A stretch of 38,218 nucleotides of DNA from assembly GCA_031284185.1 (NCBI GenBank), contig JAITAJ010000199.1:1-38218 (forward strand), in the 5' to 3' direction. The DNA comes from Accumulibacter sp. (GTDB taxonomy: Bacteria > Pseudomonadota > Gammaproteobacteria > Burkholderiales > Rhodocyclaceae). Under the pieces are notes generated by a model that worked only from the letters and a program-made list of their open reading frames with translations, did not search any database and was not told where the DNA came from. Positions 31,852 to 38,218 of this stretch are shown here, piece by piece (positions within the stretch are counted from its first letter, which is position 1; every line of letters starts with the position of its first letter). The position numbers and the translations under genes were made by a program.

Positions 31852-33668
31852 CGGAGCGGCTCCGATGACGCGCCGGGCCACGAGAAAGGCTCGTAAACCC
31901 TGTCCGTGGCGAAGAAATCATTGCCGGGAAGCGCGCCCGACAGATGGCTGAAATCGCCGTCGATCGAGGCGTCCCGGATGATCGTCGGGCGAAGGATGAT
32001 GACCAGTTCGCTCTTGCGCGAGGTATCGTTGCGCGTGGTGAAGACCTCTCCGAACAGCGGGATGTCGCCAATGCCCGGAAAGCGCCCGCTCTTGTTTTCC
32101 ATGCGGTCTTCCATCAATCCGCCGAGCACGGCGATGTCGCCGCTCTTCACGCGCATCATCGATTCGATTTCGCGCGTGCGTATCTGCGGAACCTCGTTGA
32201 CCACGGTGAGCACCGGATTGGGGTCCTGCTTGAGCGCGGAGATACTGGATATGGAGGGCCGGACGTTGAGCGTGACGACGTCGTCGTCGCCGACCTGGGC
32301 CGTCAGATTCATGAAGAAGCCGATCGACACCGATTGCGGCGTGGTGGTCGTGGTCGTCACCGCGTTGGTGTTGGTGTTCCCGGCGGCGATCTCCTGCCTG
32401 ACGCTGAAATAGACGAAGTCCTCCGATACCTTCAGGGTCGCCGTCTGATTGTTCAGCACCGTCAGTTTCGGGCTGGAGAGCACTTTCGTCGTGCCGAATC
32501 CGCGCAGCATGTCGACGATCGCGTCGAGCCCGCGGGAAGCGTTGCGGTAAGCCAGGCTGAACGGCGACACGGTCGATCCGGCGCTCCGGGTGTTCGTCGC
32601 CGGAATCAGCGAAAAGCCGGTCCGGTCGGCCAGCCTCGACCACTCGATGCCTTGCTGGTAATTGTCGGACAGATCGACTTCGATGATCGTCGCTTCGATC
32701 ATGACCTGGCGGCGCGCGCTGCGCACCACGCGGTCGATGAACTCCCGCAGCTTCTCGTGCTGGCGCGAGGTGGCGCGCGCGGCGATCACGCCGGTTTCGG
32801 AATTGACGATCACCGAGGCGGCCTCACGGAAGCTCGCCTGTTTGAACACGGCCTCGCCGCCGCGAATGGATGCCGGATTCGGGCGGCCCGCCGGAGGCCG
32901 CGGGGCCTGGAGGAGAGGCTCGTCCACAAGGCCGGCGTCCCGCGCCATGCCCGGTTCGGTGAAGGTCTCGATGGAGCCTTCGGGGATGAGCTTGTCGGTT
33001 TCGCGCAGCAGATCCTTCAGGTTCTTTTCCAGCGACTCCCAGAAGCTGTTCTTCGATCTACTCTCGATCCGGATGCGCGAGACGTTGCCGCTATTGCCGC
33101 TGCCCGAATTCATCGCGGTCAGGGCGCTGGTCGATATCTGCGTATTCGTCGCCACCGTGCCGGTGACCTCGCGGGTCAGGTTGACATAATCGACGCGGTA
33201 GTGCTCCAGGTAGGGCGAATCGGGCATGACCACGAGGTTCGGGCCATCGAGTCCGAAGCGCATGTCGATCTGCCGGGCAATGCGGCTAAGCAGTTGCGGC
33301 AATGTCTGGTCGATGGCATTCAGGGTCACGCTGCCGGAAATGCCCGGATGGATGTCGATGTTCAGCTTCGCGTCGCGGGCCAGGGCGAACAGCAGATCCC
33401 GCGCCTCGACGCCGTTGACCACCACGCTGTAGGTCTCGGTCCTGTCGGCGCTTCTCGGGCGCGGCAAGGGAAGCGCCCGCGTGACCGGCGCGGGAATCGA
33501 TTCCTGCGCCGCCACCGTGGGCGCGTCGTTTCCGGCGCGCAGATGCCCGGCGGATGGGCCGCCGCTCAAGGTCGCGGGCGCGCACCCCGCGACGAGAAAC
33601 ACGCTCAGGATCGCGCCGGCGTGTCTCGACGCGCCCGGTATCGCCCGGTGAAATCTTGAAATCGTCAT
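31848..33668 (-). CDS. MshL-type secretin (lipoprotein)
   Basis: Lipobox VAGC, LLFALARDAKLNIDI, RQVMIEATIIEV, VLSSPKLTVLNNQTA, GDIPLFGEVF, KSELVIILRP; start approximate. Confidence 0.9.
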   Translation of the reverse strand: MTISRFHRAIPGASRHAGAILSVFLVAGCAPATLSGGPSAGHLRAGNDAPTVAAQESIPAPVTRALPLPRPRSADRTETYSVVVNGVEARDLLFALARDAKLNIDIHPGISGSVTLNAIDQTLPQLLSRIARQIDMRFGLDGPNLVVMPDSPYLEHYRVDYVNLTREVTGTVATNTQISTSALTAMNSGSGNSGNVSRIRIESRSKNSFWESLEKNLKDLLRETDKLIPEGSIETFTEPGMARDAGLVDEPLLQAPRPPAGRPNPASIRGGEAVFKQASFREAASVIVNSETGVIAARATSRQHEKLREFIDRVVRSARRQVMIEATIIEVDLSDNYQQGIEWSRLADRTGFSLIPATNTRSAGSTVSPFSLAYRNASRGLDAIVDMLRGFGTTKVLSSPKLTVLNNQTATLKVSEDFVYFSVRQEIAAGNTNTNAVTTTTTTPQSVSIGFFMNLTAQVGDDDVVTLNVRPSISSISALKQDPNPVLTVVNEVPQIRTREIESMMRVKSGDIAVLGGLMEDRMENKSGRFPGIGDIPLFGEVFTTRNDTSRKSELVIILRPTIIRDASIDGDFSHLSGALPGNDFFATDRVYEPFSWPGASSEPLR

Positions 33669-33807
33669 TTTTTGGAAAACAGATGAGTGCGACGCGCGCA
33701 ACGGACGCGACGGAAAGATTTATTCGCTTTGTGCCATTCGCCGTGCCCGAATCGTGGTTTTGAGGATCATCGCAAATTTTTCTCAAATAATCGAGTCGCG
33801 CGCGCCG

Positions 33808-35088
33808 CTATTTGAGCTTGCCGACGGCGCGCACGTAGGGAAGGCCCGCGGGCGTGATCACGGACAGCCGCGCGAGCGCGTCCTCGGCCTCGGCGCGCCT
33901 GGCGAAGTCGCCGTAGATGACGCCGAGCCGGTCGCTGCCGCTCAGGCGCGAACGGTAAACGCGGATCTGTCGTGGATCGAGCTGGGCGGCCAGCTCATCC
34001 ACCAGGAGCTGGACACTGGAAAGGTTGCCGGCGGCGGTGCTGAAGAACTGAATGAAATAGTGCGAGTCCGGTGTGTTTTTCAGCCACTCATCGGTCGCGG
34101 CAATGCGTTCCCCCAGGGTTGGCGTCCGGCGCGCCGGGCGCGGAGCGCCGGCGGTTTCCTCCGCCGTCACCGGCGCTTCCGTCCGAACGGGCCGTCCCGC
34201 GCCCATCCACCCGCCGAGCAAGGCGGCCACGACAGTCGCGCCGGCCACGGCCATGAATCGCCCGCGCCTTCCGTCCAGGGGAGAAAGCCGGGCATCGCGG
34301 ATCGCGGCTCGCGCCTGCCGGGAATCCACCCGGTGTTCCCCGTCGGAAAAGGCGGCAAGCAGGCTCTTGTCGGCCAGGACGTTGATCCGCCGGGAGAGTC
34401 CCCGCGACGCCCCGGCGATGAGGCGGATGGCGCGCGGCGTGAACAGGTCCGGCCCGCGATATCCCGCGGCCCGCAGACGGAAGTTCAGGTAGTCGCCGAT
34501 ATCGTCGCGGCGCAGCGGCTCCAGCGTGAAATTGTGGGTGATCCGATCCTTCAACTGGCGCATGCTCCTCTCGCCCAGGCGTTCGTCGAGTTCGGGCTGG
34601 CCGAAGAGCGCGATGTGCAACAGCTTGTGACGCGAAGATTCGAGGTTGGACAGCAGACGGATTCCTTCGAGCGTCTCCGCCGGCATGGCGTGCGCCTCGT
34701 CGATCAGCACCACGACCCGGCGCCCGGAAGCGTAGATTTCCAGCAGACGCTCGTACAGGGAATTCATCACCTGGTGCGTCCGCGAGCCGGTTGGCCCGAT
34801 CTTCAACTCGTCGGCGATGACGCGCAGAACGTCGTCATACGATGGCGAGGGCGCGGCGAGATAGACCGTTTCGCCGAATTCCGGCAGACGCTCCAGGAGC
34901 ATCCGGCAAAGCATGGTCTTGCCGCTGCCCACCTCGCCGCTCACTTTGACGATGCCTTCCTCTTGCGTGATGGCGTAGATCAGCGCTTCGAGCGTGGCGC
35001 CGCGCCTGGCGCCGGCAAAAAAGAAATCGGAATACGGAATGATGCTGAACGGCGCTTCGCTCAGGCCGAAATGTTCGAGATAGATCAT
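33808..35088 (-). CDS. ExeA/MshM-family AAA ATPase with SPOR-like C-terminus
   Basis: MIYLEHFGLSEAPF, GEVGSGKT, IDEAH, FGQPEL, RRINVLADKSL; ATG overlaps the regulator stop (ATGA). Confidence 0.88.
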   Translation of the reverse strand: MIYLEHFGLSEAPFSIIPYSDFFFAGARRGATLEALIYAITQEEGIVKVSGEVGSGKTMLCRMLLERLPEFGETVYLAAPSPSYDDVLRVIADELKIGPTGSRTHQVMNSLYERLLEIYASGRRVVVLIDEAHAMPAETLEGIRLLSNLESSRHKLLHIALFGQPELDERLGERSMRQLKDRITHNFTLEPLRRDDIGDYLNFRLRAAGYRGPDLFTPRAIRLIAGASRGLSRRINVLADKSLLAAFSDGEHRVDSRQARAAIRDARLSPLDGRRGRFMAVAGATVVAALLGGWMGAGRPVRTEAPVTAEETAGAPRPARRTPTLGERIAATDEWLKNTPDSHYFIQFFSTAAGNLSSVQLLVDELAAQLDPRQIRVYRSRLSGSDRLGVIYGDFARRAEAEDALARLSVITPAGLPYVRAVGKLK

Positions 35089-36527
35089 GGCTCCCCGGTC
35101 GGGAACGCCATCCGATCGTACAGGGCGGCGCGATCGAGGCCGAGCAGACGCGCCGCCCGACCGCCGTTGCCGTCCGCCAGCCGCAGCGCCGCCTCGACGT
35201 AGCTCCGCTCGGTCTCGGCCAGCAGCCGATCCAGGCTGAATGGCGGCTGCCGCAGGCGGATCATGGCGGATTCCAGCAGATCCTCCCGGAGTTCCGTCAC
35301 GGAAAGCGGCGGGATGGCCGGCGCCGGTTCTTCCTGAACGTCCAGTTCGGCTTCCAGTTCGGTCCGGGCGATGATCCTGCCGGGATGCTTGACGATCAGC
35401 CGGATGACGATGTCGCGCAGCTCCCTGAGGTTGCCGGGAAAGGCGTAGCGCAGCCAGCACTGCCGCGCTTCCTCGCAAAACTCGAACGCCGGGCGCTGTG
35501 CCCGCGCCGCGTAGAGGTGGCGGAAATGATCCAGCAGGAGCAGTTTGTCGGCGCCCATTTCGCGCAAGGGCGGCACGTTGACCCGGCACGCGGAGAGGCG
35601 ATAGTAGAGATCGGCGCGAAAACGGCCCGCCTTGACCTCCTCATACAGATCGCGGTGGCTCGCCGCGATGATTCTGGCCCGGCTTGAGCGTTCCAGGGTT
35701 TCCCCGAGCCGGTGGAAGGCGCCGTTTTCCAGGACGCGCTGCAATCGGGCCTGGAGTTCCAGCGAAAGTCCGCCGATCCGATCGAGAAACAAGGTGCCGT
35801 CGGCGGCATTCTCGAAATATCCCGGCCTTGCCGTGTCGGCGCCGGGGAAGGCGTCTTTCGCGTGGCCGAACAGCATGGGTTCGAGCAGCGCCGGGGGAAC
35901 GGCGGCGCAATTCACCGCAAGAAACGGCTTGCCGTCGCGTTTCGTGCGGTGATGCAGATAGCTGCCGGCCAGCGCTTCCTTGCGCGTGCCCGATTCCCCT
36001 TCGATCAGCACCGGAAAGGGCGAATCCGCGCATTGCAGCAACTGCCGTTTCAGTCTCTCGGTCGCCGCGCTGGTGCCGATGAGCGGCGCCGCTATCGGCG
36101 TTTCCCGCCACTTTTCCAGAACGCGGCAGATCGAGGCCTGGCGCAGCGCGGCGAACAAGTCCTCGGTACCGCACGGCCAGGTCACGAAATCGGCGGCGCC
36201 GAGCGCGCGGGCGTGACGGGCGTTGTCGGTCTCGTCCCGTTCCGCGAGGACGATGATCCTGATCGATGGGCAGATGCCGAGAAGGTCCGTGATCAGCGCG
36301 AAGCCCTCTTCCGGTCGACGCGGAGAAGGCGGCCACCCGAGACCGACGAGCGCCAGTTCGGGCGCGCGCCCGAGCGCGTGGAGCCCTTGGGCGCAGTGCG
36401 AACGGGAATGGCTGGTGACGATCTCGAATGCGGAACCGAGAGAAGAAACCAGCTCCCCGACGACCGGCGGATCGTCGACGATCAGCAGCAGCGGCTTTTG
36501 CGCGGACCCGGTCGGTGCGTCAGTCAT
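35085..36527 (-). CDS. NtrC-family (REC-AAA+-HTH) regulator with degenerate catalytic motifs
   Basis: LIVDD receiver start, FLAVNCAA, FRADLYYRL, FPGNLREL and Fis HTH present, but Walker A is GESGTRK, GAFTGA is DAFPGA and Walker B is LDRIG. Confidence 0.85.
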   Translation of the reverse strand: MTDAPTGSAQKPLLLIVDDPPVVGELVSSLGSAFEIVTSHSRSHCAQGLHALGRAPELALVGLGWPPSPRRPEEGFALITDLLGICPSIRIIVLAERDETDNARHARALGAADFVTWPCGTEDLFAALRQASICRVLEKWRETPIAAPLIGTSAATERLKRQLLQCADSPFPVLIEGESGTRKEALAGSYLHHRTKRDGKPFLAVNCAAVPPALLEPMLFGHAKDAFPGADTARPGYFENAADGTLFLDRIGGLSLELQARLQRVLENGAFHRLGETLERSSRARIIAASHRDLYEEVKAGRFRADLYYRLSACRVNVPPLREMGADKLLLLDHFRHLYAARAQRPAFEFCEEARQCWLRYAFPGNLRELRDIVIRLIVKHPGRIIARTELEAELDVQEEPAPAIPPLSVTELREDLLESAMIRLRQPPFSLDRLLAETERSYVEAALRLADGNGGRAARLLGLDRAALYDRMAFPTGEP

Positions 36528-36535
36528 CGCAGGAC

Positions 36536-36650
36536 TTCAGAGGACGGAGGCTGGAGAGGACGGAAGACCGATTGGTTCGGGCGCTTCGTGCCGGGGAATG
36601 GACGAAAAACCGGGCACGTTTCAGAGGGCGGAGGCTTGAGAAGACGGAGA
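36536..36650. repeat. Degenerate repeat element in the regulator leader
   Basis: TTCAGAGGACGGAGGCTGGAGAGGACGGA (from 36536) is repeated imperfectly from 36620; GGCGCTTCGTGCCGG...GACGAAAAACCGGGC lies between the copies. Confidence 0.7.
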
Positions 36651-36733
36651 TCACGTTCGGCTTCGGCGCATGGATGAAAACGCAAGGATAGCCTGACCAT
36701 CGGGCAGAAGCGATGATTATTCCACATTTTTCG

Positions 36734-36882
36734 GAAGACAGAGGATAGAAAACAGAAGACAGATCGGCTCGCGGCGCTTCGCGCCGGAGTGGGGACGGAA
36801 AACCGGGCGCTCGATTTTTCGTCCCTTACCCGGCGCGAAGCGCCCAAGCTCATCTGTCTTCCCAGGATTCTGTCTTCTGAAC
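36734..36882. repeat. Full-length palindromic (REPIN-like) element
   Basis: GAAGACAGAT(36755-64)/ATCTGTCTTC(36852-61) outer IR; GGCGCTTCGCGCCGG(36773-87)/CCGGCGCGAAGCGCC(36830-44) IR; inner GGGACGGAAAA/TTTTTCGTCCC IR; heptamer arrays on both flanks. Confidence 0.88.
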
Positions 36883-36884
36883 TC

Positions 36885-36925
36885 TTGACTTAGATATTAT
36901 CAAGATGTATCTTGTAAATATCTAA
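36885..36925 (+). promoter_or_regulatory. sigma70 promoter overlapped by a 36-bp palindromic operator (probable PadR autoregulation)
   Basis: TTGACT(36885-90)-17 nt-TATCTT(36908-13); TTAGATATT-at-CAAGAT-gt-ATCTTG-ta-AATATCTAA (36890-36925). Confidence 0.75.
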
Positions 36926-36937
36926 ACATGTCTGGAG

Positions 36938-37525
36938 ATGAAAATGTGTTCTTCCCTTCGTCAATCCTTTTTCGGTCACGAGCATCATCACGGCAGGCAT
37001 TCCGGGCAAATCGACCATCCGCAGGTCCATGCGGAATTCCCCTTTGGCGGGGGTGGCGGGAGACGGGAGCGGATTTTCGCGTCCGGCGACATGAAGTTCG
37101 TGGTCCTGCACCTGCTTGGGCGGAAACCCGCGCACGGCTACGAGATCATCAAGGCCATGAGTGAGCTCGTGGGCGGCGATTACGCGCCGAGTCCCGGAAC
37201 GATCTATCCGACGCTGAGCATGTTGGAAGACCTCGGTTGGGTCGTTTCGGTGCTCCAGGACGGCGGTCGCAAGGAGTATCGAATTTCCGCCGAAGGCCAG
37301 GCCCGGCTCGAAGAGCAGCATGAGACCGTCGAGCGTGTTCTGGCGCATCTGGCGCATGCCAAAAGTCGCGCGCGTGGGCGGCACATGCCGGAAATCATGC
37401 GCGCCATGGAGAACCTGAAAACGGCCCTGAGAATACGCCTGGGCAGCGAGCTTCCCGATCCGGCCGTCACGCGCCGAATTTCCGAAATCATCGATCGCGC
37501 CGCCGTCGAAATCGAGCGCTGTTGA
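36938..37525 (+). CDS. PadR-family regulator, YqjI-like with His-rich N-terminus
   Basis: HGYEIIKAM..GDYAPSPGTIYPTLSMLED...GRKEYRIS...IIDRAA; N-terminal GHEHHHGRH. Confidence 0.88.
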   Translation: MKMCSSLRQSFFGHEHHHGRHSGQIDHPQVHAEFPFGGGGGRRERIFASGDMKFVVLHLLGRKPAHGYEIIKAMSELVGGDYAPSPGTIYPTLSMLEDLGWVVSVLQDGGRKEYRISAEGQARLEEQHETVERVLAHLAHAKSRARGRHMPEIMRAMENLKTALRIRLGSELPDPAVTRRISEIIDRAAVEIERC

Positions 37526-37540
37526 ACTGAAAGGAGATCG

Positions 37541-37936
37541 ATGATGAAACGGCAACATCGTTATCGCGTCACCGTCGAACATCTGGCCTCCGGGGGCGAG
37601 GCGTCGCCGCGGGTTTCCGAGAGCTTGCGTTTCGAGGCCGCGTCGCACGATGAAATTCTCGAACTGGCGCGGCGCATCCGTCAGCGGGGCGGTTTCGATG
37701 AGGACAGCGCGGCGGCGCTCACGGTCGGCCTGAAACTTCTGGGCGAAGTGTGTTTGCGGAACCGGGAGCGTCCGATGTTCGGGGAATTCCTTCCTCATTT
37801 CGGTCAGCTCATAAAGCGTCTCAAGGAAAGTGCCGGCGCCGGGTCGTCCTCCGGTTCGAGCGGCGGGCAGGTGGCGGCGTCGGGAAGCCTGTCCGCCGCC
37901 CGCGGTCACGCCGTGGAGCGGCTTTTCGATGCTTGA
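37541..37936 (+). CDS. DUF3861-family protein
   Basis: HRYRVTVEHL...FEAASHDEI...GLKLLGEV...FLPHFGQLIKRLK; AAGGAG RBS; low-complexity C-terminal tail. Confidence 0.75.
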   Translation: MMKRQHRYRVTVEHLASGGEASPRVSESLRFEAASHDEILELARRIRQRGGFDEDSAAALTVGLKLLGEVCLRNRERPMFGEFLPHFGQLIKRLKESAGAGSSSGSSGGQVAASGSLSAARGHAVERLFDA

Positions 37937-38010
37937 CAGACGATAGGAGACAGACGATAGGAGACAGACGATAGAAGACAGACGATAGAAGACAGACGAT
38001 AGAAGACAGA
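37935..38010. repeat. 14-bp tandem repeat (GACAGACGATAGRA) x5.4
   Basis: Units at 37935 and 37949 (..GGA), 37963, 37977 and 37991 (..GAA), partial unit 38005-38010. Confidence 0.95.
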
Positions 38011-38018
38011 TCAATTTG

Positions 38019-38177
38019 GGCGCTTCGCGCCGGGCAAGGACGAAAACCCGAGCGCCCGGTTTTTCTGTCCTCTGTCTTCTCTAGGCGCTGTCCTCTGAAC
38101 GCTGTCCTCTGAAATGCTTCGCGCCGGGCAAGGACGAAAACCCGAGCGCCCGGTTTTTCTGTTCTCTGTCTTCTCTA
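38019..38177. repeat. Two direct copies (62 bp, 1 mismatch) of the modular repeat element
   Basis: 38022-38083 and 38116-38177: GCTTCGCGCCGGGCAAGGACGAAAACCCGAGCGCCCGGTTTTTCTGT(C/T)CTCTGTCTTCTCTA; the spacer itself holds CGCTGTCCTCTGAA twice. Confidence 0.92.
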
Positions 38178-38218
38178 CAGCGCGGAAGGAGAGGACGGCG
38201 GCCTTTATAATCCGACCT

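Noticed and set aside
33702-33807. sigma54 promoter upstream of the secretin gene (TGGCAC on the minus strand)
   Set aside because: There is no TTGC -12 element at the required GG-N10-GC spacing.
36717-36726. DnaA-box-like TTATTCCACA
   Set aside because: It is isolated, needs a one-base insertion to match, and is not part of a cluster.
36524-38014. Minus-strand ORFs 36524-36853 and 36890-38014 with repeated CLLSSV peptides
   Set aside because: These are translations of the heptamer/14-mer repeats and the antisense of PadR and DUF3861.
38022-38177. Possible CRISPR array (two repeats with a 32-bp spacer)
   Set aside because: Repeats are 62 bp, there are only two copies, the spacer is itself made of repeat-family heptamers, and no cas genes are present.

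Overview
Replication-origin region of a high-GC betaproteobacterium (gene content and protein sequences resemble Rhodocyclales; this is inference). Left to right: mnmE-yidC-yidD-rnpA-rpmH (-), glnS (+), cls, glmS, oxyR, gyrB, dnaN, dnaA (all -) with a probable oriC between dnaA and dnaN and 2-3 parS sites, rsmB-DUF4390-ntrY-ntrX-hemE (+), a second DnaA-box/IHF cluster, a ~13 kb MSHA-like type IV pilus/T2SS-like operon (-) headed by a catalytically degenerate sigma54-type regulator, and a YqjI-like PadR/DUF3861 pair (+). The most striking signal is that the normally adjacent, divergent rpmH and dnaA promoters are ~12 kb apart. Both break points carry the same 18-mer (TCATGRACTTTTGAATCC). Re-inverting the oriC/parS-containing block at the CATG cores restores the rpmH-dnaA promoter region and creates a 30-bp near-perfect palindrome, a signature of transposase- or recombinase-driven inversion of the origin. 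The window also holds at least six copies of a modular palindromic repeat built from GCGAAGC mini-hairpins and heptamer arrays (REP/REPIN-like). No recombinase, transposase, RNA gene or CRISPR array was found in the window.
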